A DNA stretch of 64,000 nt from an uncultured Planctomycetales bacterium. Lineage in GTDB: Bacteria > Planctomycetota > Phycisphaerae > SM23-33 > FEN-1343. Under the pieces are notes generated by a model. It did not search any database. It worked only from the letters and a program-made list of their open reading frames with translations, and had not been told where the DNA came from. The DNA lies in NCBI GenBank assembly GCA_964535025.1, contig CAZHRW010000159.1, forward strand, positions 14,527-78,526, read 5' to 3'. The translations under genes and the position numbers were made by a program. Below are positions 39,356-51,599 of this stretch, one piece after another (positions within the stretch are counted from its first letter, which is position 1; every line of letters starts with the position of its first letter).

Positions 39356-40353
39356 TCGGCCTCCGCGGAAAGTGTAGCGTGCAGCCGTCCGATAATCTGC
39401 TCGGCGGTGGGGCGGTCCGGGCATTCGTGAACGCCGGCGACGAACGGGCCGGCCGTGAAGACCATCTCGTAGGTGTCGAAGATCGTCGCCGCCCGCAGCG
39501 ACGCGATGGCCAGGTCCGTCTCGACCGGCTCGGCGCCGTTGGCGATGAAGAACGCATGGAACGCCCGGGCGTCTTCGGCCGCGGCCGCGGCGTCGGCCCG
39601 GCGGGCGAGGAAGGCCGTCACCGTCTGGCCGTTGACGTCATAGCGGGCTGAAAAGACGTCGCGCAGCTCGGCGATCCCGAACACGTTGCGGGCCAGCAGG
39701 GCGACGCTGTCGGCGAGAAGCCCCTCGGAGGGGAACAGCTCGAGCTCGTCGATGCCCGGGCCCGCCTCGAGCGACGCGGCCAAAGCCGCGGCGAACCGCC
39801 GGACCGCCTCGGCCACCGCTTCGGAGGACTCGGACGGGACGATCTCGACATAGTGCCGCCCCCGCGCGAAAAAGACGGCCCCGCCGCTGCGATAGGCGAA
39901 GGGGGTGAACTCCAGAGTCTCGCCGCCGCTTCGCCGTTGCGTACTGAAGACAGAGTACGCCGCGCGGTGGTCGTTCATCCTGTAGAGGTAGACCTCGAAC
40001 CACCCCGGGGCCTCGGCCGGCGTGAACCGCTGGCAGGTGAGGGCCTCGAAGCCGGCATCGGTGTACTGCGGGGCTTTGCCGTTGATCTTGTTGTAGAGCG
40101 TCTCGGCGCCGAATCGCTCGGCCGGCGTGTACGGCCGCGCGATCGCCGGCTCGACCGCGTCGAAGGCCGAGGCGATCTCCTCGCCCCGGCGGTCGGCGGC
40201 GGGCTCTTCGGCCGCGTCGGCGACGGCGTAGATCGACCGGTCGTAATGGAACTGCTTGAAGAAGACCCCCGCGGCGATGCCGACCAGGAGCAACAGGACG
40301 ACTGAGCCGACGAATGTCTCCTTCAGCGACGGCGACCGTTCACCTGGACCCAT
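39352..40353 (-). CDS. hypothetical membrane-anchored (single N-terminal TM) protein, first gene of the redox module
   Basis: ATG at 40353 preceded by GGAGTGGAGGG. TM VVLLLLVGIAAGVFF. Only the 3' 1 kb of the 1738-aa track ORF 39352..44568 is taken as coding. Confidence 0.5.
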   Translation of the reverse strand: MGPGERSPSLKETFVGSVVLLLLVGIAAGVFFKQFHYDRSIYAVADAAEEPAADRRGEEIASAFDAVEPAIARPYTPAERFGAETLYNKINGKAPQYTDAGFEALTCQRFTPAEAPGWFEVYLYRMNDHRAAYSVFSTQRRSGGETLEFTPFAYRSGGAVFFARGRHYVEIVPSESSEAVAEAVRRFAAALAASLEAGPGIDELELFPSEGLLADSVALLARNVFGIAELRDVFSARYDVNGQTVTAFLARRADAAAAAEDARAFHAFFIANGAEPVETDLAIASLRAATIFDTYEMVFTAGPFVAGVHECPDRPTAEQIIGRLHATLSAEAE

Positions 40354-40599
40354 GACGCCCTCCACTCCCCCGACGACCCATGCAACGATATCAGTGTCGT
40401 GAATCGGCCCCGCCATGTCAAGGACGGCCGCGACAGGACGGCCGCGCCGGGCGAATCGGCAAGTGCTTGCCATATCTTCGGCAAAAACGGCTCCGTCTGC
40501 GGCCGAACTGTGCCGCCTTTCGCTGTTTTGACTGGCCAATCCGCCGGTGCGCTGGTATATCCGGGGGCCGTGTTTCTCACCGCGGTTCAAGGAGTCTTT

Positions 40600-43812
<3,213 letters not shown>

Positions 43813-43827
43813 CAGGAGAAGACCCGG

Positions 43828-44589
43828 ATGAACGATGAAGTCCTCATCATGCCGTGCCTGGATATGCAGAACGGCCGCGTGGTCAAGGGCGTGCACTTCG
43901 TGGACATCCGCGACGCCGGCGACCCGGTCGAGTGTGCCGAGGCCTACTGCCGCGCGGGGGCCGACGAGCTGGCGCTGCTGGACATCACCGCCACGGTCGA
44001 GCGCCGCGGGACGATGCTCGAGGTGATCCGCCGCGTCGCGCCGGCGGTCACCGTGCCGTTCACGGTCGGCGGGGGCATCGGCGACGTGGCCACGGCGGCG
44101 GCGGTGCTCGAGGCGGGGGCCGACCGCATCTCGGTCAGCAGCGCCGCCTTCCGTGAGCCGGACCTCGTGCCGCGGCTTATCGACGAGTGCGGGCCGAAAG
44201 TGACCGTGGCGATCGACGTGGACCACAACGCCTCGCTGCCCAGCGGTTACGAGGTCTACATCGACGGCGGCCGCACCGCGACCGGGACCGACGCCGTCGA
44301 ATTCGCCAGGCGGGCCGCGGGATGGGGCGTCGACGTGATCCTTCCGACCAGCAAGGCCGGCGACGGCGCCCGAACGGGCTACGACCTGCCGATCATCCGC
44401 CGCATCCGCGAGGCCACGGGCCTCACCGTTGTCGCCTCCGGCGGCGCCGGTGCGCTCGAGCACTTTCTCGAGGCCGCCCGGGCCGGCGCCGGCGTCCTGC
44501 TGGCGGCGAGCGTGTTCCACTTCAACACGATCGCGATCCCCGATCTGAAGGCCTACCTCGCCGAGCACGGCGTCCGCGTGCGGCAGTAG
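43828..44589 (+). CDS. hisF: imidazole glycerol phosphate synthase cyclase subunit
   Basis: 253 aa. PCLDMQNGRVVKGVHF...GADELALLDIT...VPFTVGGGI HisF (beta/alpha)8 signature. Confidence 0.9.
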   Translation: MNDEVLIMPCLDMQNGRVVKGVHFVDIRDAGDPVECAEAYCRAGADELALLDITATVERRGTMLEVIRRVAPAVTVPFTVGGGIGDVATAAAVLEAGADRISVSSAAFREPDLVPRLIDECGPKVTVAIDVDHNASLPSGYEVYIDGGRTATGTDAVEFARRAAGWGVDVILPTSKAGDGARTGYDLPIIRRIREATGLTVVASGGAGALEHFLEAARAGAGVLLAASVFHFNTIAIPDLKAYLAEHGVRVRQ

Positions 44590-44610
44590 GGGGGCGTCGA
44601 AACACGCCGC

Positions 44611-45927
44611 CTAGCCCGATGAGCCGCGCGTTGAACGCCATTGTTCGTACGCGTCGTGGCTGGCGCGATAGATGTTCACCCAGATCGGGCTTTGCAGGAT
44701 CGGATCGCCCGCCGCTTCGAGCCAGCGCCAGAGACGGTCGTTCAGGTCCGCCTCGACCGCCGCGACGTCCGCGCGGCCGGAGAGGTTGTCGAACTCCAGC
44801 CGGTCGGCGGCGAGGTCGTACAGTTCCGTCACCGGGCAGGTATCGGGTTCCTTCGCCGGGGCGGTGATGTCGACGGGTGTGCGGAACGTCCTGAGGTTGG
44901 AGAAGTTTCGGATGAGTTTGTGCGTGCGCGTTCGCACACAGCGGGCCTCGGGTTGACTGCCGCCCATGAGGTACATTGCGAAGATCGCCTCCCGCGTCGC
45001 CGGCGCCGCGGCATCGCGAAGCAGGGCGGTGAACGGAATGCCGTCCAGGTCATAGGGCGGCGCCATGCCGATCAGGTCCAGCAGCGTCGGCGTCACGTCA
45101 ACATTGGAAATGAGGTGGCCCACCCGTCGCCCGCCGTCCACGCCGCCGGCCGGCCAGCGGACCAGGAAGGCCGTCTCGATGCCGGGATCGTAGAGGTACC
45201 ACTTGGCGCGGGGAAACTCCAACCCGTGATCGACCGTGAAGACGACGAGGGTGTCATCCGTGAGGCCGTTGTCGTCCAGGGCCTTGAGGATGATGCCCAC
45301 CGCGTCGTCCACCTTCCGCACCGCCCCCTGCAACTGGGCGGCGTCCGCCCGCGCGGCCTCGTTATCCACCAGGTACGGCGGCACCGTCACGCCCTTGCTC
45401 GCATCAGGCTTGACGCCGCCGACGTCCCATTTCCGGTGCGTCTCGCCGAACCCGATCTGTGCGTAAAAGGGGCGCTCGTCCGAACTCGCCGTGGCAGCGA
45501 ACGATGCGAAGGCCTCGGCGACCGTGTCGGCCGGGCGGTGAACCCCTTCCTGTTTGGCGTACCACTCCTCGAACGCCAGCCGGTCAATGTCCCACGGCAT
45601 CACCTCGTGCTGATGGTAGAACAGCACCGTCCGGTAGCCCCCGTCGCGCAGGATGTGCGAGAGGTGCCGCACGTCGTCGTGGAAGGTCCAACTGGACGGC
45701 GGATGCGACAGGCCCATCAGCCCGTTGCGCTGCGGCCACAGCCCCGTCATCATCGCCCCGCGGGAGGGCGAACAGACCGGCGACGTGCAGAAGAACTCCT
45801 CCAGCAGCACCCCCTCGGCCGCCAGGCGGTCGATGTTGGGCGTGTGGACCGTCTCCACGCCGTAACAGCCGAAATGACGCCCGGTGTCGTGGGTGGTGAT
45901 ATAGACGATATTCGGTCGCCGGGCCAT
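44611..45927 (-). CDS. sulfatase (formylglycine-dependent arylsulfatase family)
   Basis: PNIVYITTHDTGRH...CTSPVCSPSRGAMMTG, i.e. the C-x-P-x-R FGly motif. Confidence 0.85.
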   Translation of the reverse strand: MARRPNIVYITTHDTGRHFGCYGVETVHTPNIDRLAAEGVLLEEFFCTSPVCSPSRGAMMTGLWPQRNGLMGLSHPPSSWTFHDDVRHLSHILRDGGYRTVLFYHQHEVMPWDIDRLAFEEWYAKQEGVHRPADTVAEAFASFAATASSDERPFYAQIGFGETHRKWDVGGVKPDASKGVTVPPYLVDNEAARADAAQLQGAVRKVDDAVGIILKALDDNGLTDDTLVVFTVDHGLEFPRAKWYLYDPGIETAFLVRWPAGGVDGGRRVGHLISNVDVTPTLLDLIGMAPPYDLDGIPFTALLRDAAAPATREAIFAMYLMGGSQPEARCVRTRTHKLIRNFSNLRTFRTPVDITAPAKEPDTCPVTELYDLAADRLEFDNLSGRADVAAVEADLNDRLWRWLEAAGDPILQSPIWVNIYRASHDAYEQWRSTRGSSG

Positions 45928-45985
45928 GGGCGCCTCCGGTTCGATCAGGCTAAGCTCTTTTCTCTGCGTGGGCTACGGCGCCATT

Positions 45986-47437
45986 CTACCGGGCCGTCGC
46001 CGCCGCGGCGGCCGGACCCGAGGCCGGCGAGGCGGCACGCAGCCGCGCCAGGGCCGCGACCCACGGGCCCGTATCGGGCGCGGCCACCGTCACGATCTCG
46101 CCGCCGGTCACATCCGCACGGCCGCCCCAGTGGCCCGTGGCGGGGTTGATCCACCGCAGGTCGAAGCGGTCGGGATGCTCGTGGAGGTCCAGGCCGACCG
46201 AGCCGCCGCGGGGGAAGTACAGGGCGTAGGCCTGGCCGGGCCTGGCCGCGAGGTAGGCTTCATCGTCCCGGCGATCCGTGAGCAGGTGGTTGGCCGGGTC
46301 AAGGTCCCACAGCTTCATGCAGTACTCGAGCTTGCGGGCGGCCTTGAGGGCGGCGACGCTCGGGGCGGACAGACCCAGCCCGGAGGGAGGGCGGTGGAAC
46401 CGGGCGGCCGCGGCGCCGCCGAGGATATGGCGCCACCAGCGGTTCAGGCCTTCGGCGGTGTCGCCGTACTTGCCGCCGTCGGCGCCGTAGGTCTTGACCG
46501 TGTTCACCGGTCGCGGCCGGTCGGCGATGTGGCTCCGGACCCATTGAAAGTTGTCCCAGTGGGTCTGGCCGCTCTTCTGGTTGTTCTGCGAGACGTCGGC
46601 GAAGTCATAGCGCTCGGGGTGATCGAGCGTGTGCCGGTGCTCCTTGCTTGTAAGGTCCCACGCGTCCCACATTTCGGTGATGCACACCTCGACGCCGGCC
46701 TCGCGGGCCCGCCGGCGGATCCACTCGGCCCAGTAGATTGCCCACTGCGGGTCGCCGGAGGTCTCGTTATCGATGCAGTAGAGCACGTGGTCGTGCTTCA
46801 GTGTGTATGAGAGCATCTTGTCGACGAACCGCTGCTGGTAGGGCAGGACGACGGTGTTGTCACGCTGCTTGGGCGTGGTGTAGAAGAACGGCTGGGCGTT
46901 GCGGCCGGGGTGCTCGGGATACTCCGGGGCCAGGCCGGACGTTTCGTGGGTGTAATTGACATTGTTGGCGGGGTTGAACGGGTCGGCCCGCCAGTGGTCG
47001 CGGGAATGGTCGAAGCGGTCCCACAGCTCGATCTGCACGATGATGCCGCGCTCGTGCGTGAGGCGGAGCATGGTCTCGAAGCGCTGCCAGTACTCAGCGT
47101 TCCACGCGTCGAGATCGTAGGTGCCGTCCGGCCGCCGCGCGAAGGCGTGAATCTCGTAGCCGCGGTCGTTCCGGTCGCTCATGGTGTTGCGGATGTAGTT
47201 GGCCCCGGCGGCGGCCATGGCGTCGAGGTGGGCTTCGAGGTCGGGTATCTGGAAGAGGTTGTCGTCGTCGCTGGCGCCAAGCAGCAGGACCGGCCTGCCG
47301 CGGTATTGCCAGTAGCGCGGGTTGGCGTCCCAGGGGCGGATGCGGTCGCCGGCCCGCCTGTCCGGGTCCGACGGCGCGGCGGCCAGACTGATTGTCAACA
47401 CGAGGAGGAGGGACGGAAGCATGACAGTGTAATGCAT
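45986..47437 (-). CDS. secreted clan GH-A TIM-barrel glycoside hydrolase (GH5/DUF4038-like)
   Basis: Signal peptide. IDNETSGD (acid/base NE) and CITEMWD (nucleophile TE) in the expected beta-strand 4/7 spacing. Confidence 0.6.
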   Translation of the reverse strand: MHYTVMLPSLLLVLTISLAAAPSDPDRRAGDRIRPWDANPRYWQYRGRPVLLLGASDDDNLFQIPDLEAHLDAMAAAGANYIRNTMSDRNDRGYEIHAFARRPDGTYDLDAWNAEYWQRFETMLRLTHERGIIVQIELWDRFDHSRDHWRADPFNPANNVNYTHETSGLAPEYPEHPGRNAQPFFYTTPKQRDNTVVLPYQQRFVDKMLSYTLKHDHVLYCIDNETSGDPQWAIYWAEWIRRRAREAGVEVCITEMWDAWDLTSKEHRHTLDHPERYDFADVSQNNQKSGQTHWDNFQWVRSHIADRPRPVNTVKTYGADGGKYGDTAEGLNRWWRHILGGAAAARFHRPPSGLGLSAPSVAALKAARKLEYCMKLWDLDPANHLLTDRRDDEAYLAARPGQAYALYFPRGGSVGLDLHEHPDRFDLRWINPATGHWGGRADVTGGEIVTVAAPDTGPWVAALARLRAASPASGPAAAAATAR

Positions 47438-47567
47438 GGAACTCTCCCGAGGCCTGCGCGTAGGTGTACGTCGGCGAATCTAACGTTTCCGCTGTGTGAA
47501 GGCAAAGCCCAAAAAGCGCCGGGTCCCCGCTCAAGGGGTGCCGACGACCCCCGCCGTGGGGAAAGGC

Positions 47568-47595
47568 TTGCACGCCGGCCGTCAAGGCTTATATC
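47568..47595 (+). promoter_or_regulatory. candidate promoter: -35 TTGCAC, 16-nt spacer, -10 TATATC
   Basis: Read from the sequence; lies ~25 nt upstream of ATG 47619. Confidence 0.35.
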
Positions 47596-47618
47596 TCGAC
47601 CACATCACCGCCCAGTTG

Positions 47619-47903
47619 ATGACGTTCATCCAGCGCACCTATTGCTACCTCGGCCGGCGGCTGGAGAACTACTACCCCAACACGAACACACGCGTCGTCA
47701 CCGCCATCACCTACGGCGCGGGCGACCCGCACGCCTACGATGATGTGACCGCGTGGATCCGTGATCGCATGAAGGGCTATTACGGCCTCGAAACCGTCGG
47801 CAGCTTCACCCTTCACGGCGCCCGCCACGACGACGTCGTCGGCGAGGACCATCCCGAGATCCGCCGGGCGCGGGCGTTCGGCAGGGCGCTTGGGGAAGGG
47901 TAA
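47619..47903 (+). CDS. small hypothetical protein (94 aa; alternative upstream start at 47496)
   Basis: Only plus-strand ORF between two minus-strand genes, with a promoter-like element just upstream. No recognisable family. Confidence 0.3.
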   Translation: MTFIQRTYCYLGRRLENYYPNTNTRVVTAITYGAGDPHAYDDVTAWIRDRMKGYYGLETVGSFTLHGARHDDVVGEDHPEIRRARAFGRALGEG

Positions 47904-47917
47904 AACGCTCCGGCTGT

Positions 47918-49027
47918 CTACGTCCCTCGAATTTCCGCCCGCTCGATCGTCATCGCCTCCAGCCGCTCGGCGACCGGTTCGCTGCCGCAGCCGGGCCGGT
48001 CGGGGGCGGTGATTCGCGACGGGCCCGAGTGCACCACCTCGGGGCCGGCGAGGTCCGGCTCGTAAAAGCGCTTCGAAACGAACACGTCGGCAGGGTAGGT
48101 GAAGTTGTCCAGCGTTGCCAGCGCCAGGTTGTGGCGCGAGCCGACCGCCGACTCGAGCATGCCGCCCACCCAGCAGGGGATGCCCTTGTCGCGGCAGTAA
48201 TTATGGATCGCCACGGCGGGGGTGAGCCCGCCGACGCGGCCGTTCTTGATGTTGATGTACCCGACGATCCCCAGGTCGATCGCCTTGCGGGCCTTGTCGA
48301 CCGACGTGACGCTCTCGTCCAGGCAGATCGGCGTGGCGATCCGGCGGGCGAGCTCGGCGTGGTCGGCCAGGTCGTCGTGGGCGAGCGGCTGTTCGATCAT
48401 CGCCAGGTTGAACGCATCGAGCTGCTCGAACATCGGCGTGTCGGCCAGCGTGAAGCCGCTGTTGCAGTCGACGTGGATCGTCGTGTCGGGGAACGCGCCG
48501 CGGACGGTGCGAACCATGTCCACGTCCCAGCCGCGGCGGTACTTCAGCTTGACCCGCGCGAAGCCCGCCTCCACGGCCGCGGCCACCTTGGCCAGCAGTT
48601 CGTCGAGGGACGTCTGCACGCCGAAATCCGCGCCGACGGTCACGTCCGGCCCCCGGCCGCCCAGCAACCGCCAGAGGGGCATCTCCCGCCGGCGGGCCTC
48701 CAGGTCCCACCACGCCAGGTCCAGCGCCGCCTTGGCGAACCGGTTGTCCTTGATCGGCGCCAGCAGGGCCTGGAGCTCATCGCCCGAACCGACGTCGCGG
48801 CCGACCAGGCGCCCGGCGAGGTACTCGCGGATCGTCACGAAGGCCCCGGCCGCCGATTCGCCGCTGTAGGTCGGCAGGTTCGGCGCCCCCTCGCCCCAGC
48901 CGGACAGCTCGCCGCTGTCCATGCGGACCAGGACGGCCTCGATGGTGGAATCGTCGCCGAACGCCGTCCGAAAGGGGGACGTCAGCGGCATGGCCACACG
49001 GTAGACGTCGATACGGTCGATGTGCAT
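47918..49027 (-). CDS. enolase-superfamily enzyme of the MR/MLE group (o-succinylbenzoate synthase / N-acyl amino acid racemase / dipeptide epimerase-like)
   Basis: Start MHIDRIDVYRVAMPL. KLKYRRGWDVDMVRTVR...HVDCNSGFT...IEQP metal-ligand and KxK pattern. The track ORF's 130-aa N-extension is Arg/Pro-rich non-coding. Confidence 0.8.
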   Translation of the reverse strand: MHIDRIDVYRVAMPLTSPFRTAFGDDSTIEAVLVRMDSGELSGWGEGAPNLPTYSGESAAGAFVTIREYLAGRLVGRDVGSGDELQALLAPIKDNRFAKAALDLAWWDLEARRREMPLWRLLGGRGPDVTVGADFGVQTSLDELLAKVAAAVEAGFARVKLKYRRGWDVDMVRTVRGAFPDTTIHVDCNSGFTLADTPMFEQLDAFNLAMIEQPLAHDDLADHAELARRIATPICLDESVTSVDKARKAIDLGIVGYINIKNGRVGGLTPAVAIHNYCRDKGIPCWVGGMLESAVGSRHNLALATLDNFTYPADVFVSKRFYEPDLAGPEVVHSGPSRITAPDRPGCGSEPVAERLEAMTIERAEIRGT

Positions 49028-49032
49028 AAGTG

Positions 49033-49491
49033 TCACTCCGGGAATGCCCGACGCGTGAGGACGAACCGGTCCTCTTGGGGTCGGTAATAGCCCTTGATGA
49101 AGCCGCGTTCGGTGAAGCCGTGCCGCTCGTAGAGGGCCAGGGCGGCCTCGTTGACGGGGTCGACGGTGAGGAAGCTCGTCACGCCGCGTTCGTCGAGCCG
49201 CTCGACCAGCGCCGCCAGCAGGCGCCCGCCGATGCCCCGGCCGCGGCGGGCGGGGTCGACGAAGATCTTGTGCACCGCGTAGCGGCCATCCGTGCACGGG
49301 AACGCCACGGCCGCGCCGACGACCGCGTCGCCGGCGGTCGCCACGAGCGTGAGGGCGCACTGGCACCAGACCCGCCAGACGTGCTCGCCGTCCGGGATAA
49401 ACTCCCCCCGCCGGTTGCCCCGCCACGCACGGCGATCGAGCTCGGCGATCGCGAGGAAGTCCGATGCCGTCGCGGTGCGCAGGTCGATCAT
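49033..49491 (-). CDS. GNAT family N-acetyltransferase (152 aa)
   Basis: HKIFVDPARRGRGIGGRLLAAL = acetyl-CoA binding R/QxxGxG/A motif. ATG overlaps the ABC-F stop (ATGA). Confidence 0.75.
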   Translation of the reverse strand: MIDLRTATASDFLAIAELDRRAWRGNRRGEFIPDGEHVWRVWCQCALTLVATAGDAVVGAAVAFPCTDGRYAVHKIFVDPARRGRGIGGRLLAALVERLDERGVTSFLTVDPVNEAALALYERHGFTERGFIKGYYRPQEDRFVLTRRAFPE

Positions 49492-51419
49492 CCCGCTTCC
49501 TCCATCTTCACCTGCCAGACCTCCATCAGGGTGTCGATCTGCCGGCGGCGGGCGTCGTAGTCGGCCTGGACCTCGGCGAGCCTTGCCGCATCGGTAAAGA
49601 CCACCGGGTCGGAGAACGACTGCTCGATCGCCACCAGCGCCCGCTCGTGCTCGTGGATCCGCTGCTCGACCTCCTCGAGCGTAAGCTTGCTCATCTGGTA
49701 GGAGTTCAGCCCGCCCACCCGCTCGGTCGCCGCGGCCTGCCGGGACGACGGCTTCGGCGGCGACGGTTTCTTCGCGGCCTCGCGGGCGGCGGCCTCGGCG
49801 GCCTTGCGCTCCTCTCGCTCCCGCCAGAAGGTGTAGTTGCCCTCGACCAGCTCCCACCGGCGGGGCCACAGCAGCAGCAGACGGCTGCAGACGCGATCGA
49901 CGAAGTACCGGTCGTGGCTGACCAGCAGGATCGTCCCGTCATACTCGGCCAGCGCCGCTTCGAGCATTTCCCGCGAGGCGATGTCCAGGTGGTTGGTCGG
50001 CTCGTCGAGGATGAGGAAGTTCGGCCTGGAAAACAGCAGCCGTGCCAGCAGCAGACGGCTGCGCTCGCCGCCGGAGAGGCTCCCGACGGCCTTGAACACC
50101 TCTTGGCCGGTGAACAGGAACCGCGCCAGCCAGCTCCGCAGGACGTGCTCGTCGGCGGTGCCGGCGAAGGCGGCCATCTGCTCCAGGACGGTCAGCGACT
50201 CATCCAACCCGAGCTGCTTCTGGTCGTAGTAGCCCACCGTCATCCCCTTGCCGATCACGGCGGTGCCGGCGTCGGGCGGTTCGGTGCCGAGGGCCATCCG
50301 CAGGACGGTTGTCTTGCCGACGCCGTTGGGGCCGAGGATGGCGAGCTTCCCCCCGCCGCGGAGTTTCAGCGACAGGTCCTCGACGATCGGCGTGTCGCCG
50401 AACGCCTTGGTGATTCCATCCAGGACAAGGGCCTGGTCGGACCCGCGGGAGCCGGCGTGGATTTTCAGCGACAGGGCCTGCTCGTCGCGGACGGGGTCGG
50501 TCAGAAGCTCGCCGGCCTTGAGCCGTCGTTCGAGCCGGGTCGCACGGCCGCGGGCTTCGCGGCTGCGGGAGCCGGAGGCGTGGAAGCGGGCGATGAAGTC
50601 CCGCTCCCTGGCGATGGTGGCCTGGTCCTTTTCGTACTGCCGCCGGCGGTGCAGGCGGCGGATCGTGCGCTCCTGCACGTAGCGGGTGTAGTTGCCCGGG
50701 TACAGTTCCGTCCGCCCGCCGCCCAGTTCGTGGACCTTCATGACGACGCGGTCGAGCAGGTAGCGGTCGTGGCTGATCAGCATCACGGCGGCGGGGAGCT
50801 TGACGAGGTACTTCTCGAGCCACTGGACGCCCTCGAGGTCCAGGTGGTTGGTCGGCTCGTCCAGCAGCAGCAGGTTCGCCCCGCCCAGCAGGACCGACGC
50901 CAGCGCCAACCGGCACTGCTGGCCGCCGGAGAGGACACGGCAGGGCTTGTCACGCTCGTCGGGGGCGAAACCGACGCCGGCGAGGACCTCCTCGACGCGG
51001 TGCTCCCACGAGAAGCCGCCCGCCGCCTGGTGGCGGGCCTCGAGCTGGCCGTACTGCTTCATGAGCCGTCCAAGCGCCTCGCCGGACGCCGCGGCCATCG
51101 CCGCCGACAGCTCCCGCAGGCGGGCTTCCATCTTCACCACCTCGGCGAACGGCCGCGAGGCGACGGCGCGGACGGTCTGGTCGGTCTCGAGCCGGGGCTG
51201 CTGGGGCAGGTAGCCCACTCGCACGTTCTTGCCCCAGACGACCTTGCCGCTGGTCGGCAGGAGCGCCCTGGCGAGGATCCGCAGGATCGTCGTCTTGCCC
51301 GAGCCGTTCGGTCCGACCAGCGCGACCCGCTCGCCGGCATACAGGTCCACCGTCACGCCGCCGAGCACCTCGACCTTGCCGAACTCGTGGTGAATGTCTT
51401 GTAAGGAGGCAACGGACAT
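49488..51419 (-). CDS. ABC-F family ATPase, Uup-like (two ABC domains, C-terminal coiled-coil domain)
   Basis: Start MSVASLQDIHHEFGK. Walker A GPNGSGKTT and GPNGVGKTT. LSGGQQCRLALA and LSGGERSRLLLA signatures. Lys/Glu-rich coiled-coil tail. No TM domain. Confidence 0.85.
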   Translation of the reverse strand: MSVASLQDIHHEFGKVEVLGGVTVDLYAGERVALVGPNGSGKTTILRILARALLPTSGKVVWGKNVRVGYLPQQPRLETDQTVRAVASRPFAEVVKMEARLRELSAAMAAASGEALGRLMKQYGQLEARHQAAGGFSWEHRVEEVLAGVGFAPDERDKPCRVLSGGQQCRLALASVLLGGANLLLLDEPTNHLDLEGVQWLEKYLVKLPAAVMLISHDRYLLDRVVMKVHELGGGRTELYPGNYTRYVQERTIRRLHRRRQYEKDQATIARERDFIARFHASGSRSREARGRATRLERRLKAGELLTDPVRDEQALSLKIHAGSRGSDQALVLDGITKAFGDTPIVEDLSLKLRGGGKLAILGPNGVGKTTVLRMALGTEPPDAGTAVIGKGMTVGYYDQKQLGLDESLTVLEQMAAFAGTADEHVLRSWLARFLFTGQEVFKAVGSLSGGERSRLLLARLLFSRPNFLILDEPTNHLDIASREMLEAALAEYDGTILLVSHDRYFVDRVCSRLLLLWPRRWELVEGNYTFWREREERKAAEAAAREAAKKPSPPKPSSRQAAATERVGGLNSYQMSKLTLEEVEQRIHEHERALVAIEQSFSDPVVFTDAARLAEVQADYDARRRQIDTLMEVWQVKMEEAG

Positions 51420-51435
51420 CGCGGCCAGTATAACG

Positions 51436-51598
51436 CCCGGCCCTGCGGGCCGGGAAATTCGAAATACGAAACCAATCCGAAACGGCAAAACAGCACAGCT
51501 CGAAACGCCAAGGCGTCCGCCCAAGTCGTGTCGGGCTTTATCCGTTTGCCGTATTGGGAGTTGTTTCGTATTTCGAGTTTCGTGCTTCGGATTTCCGC
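51436..51598. repeat. REP/MITE-like palindromic intergenic element, copy B (between the FAH-family gene and the ABC-F gene)
   Basis: Right arm CGGAAATCCGAAGCACGAAACTCGAAATACGAAACAA (reverse complement of 51560..51597) matches the left arm of copy A almost base for base. Shares the ACGGCAAAAC/CCGTTTGCCG inner module. Contains hairpin CCCGGCCC-TGC-GGGCCGGG at 51436..51454. Confidence 0.5.
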
Positions 51599-51599
51599 G

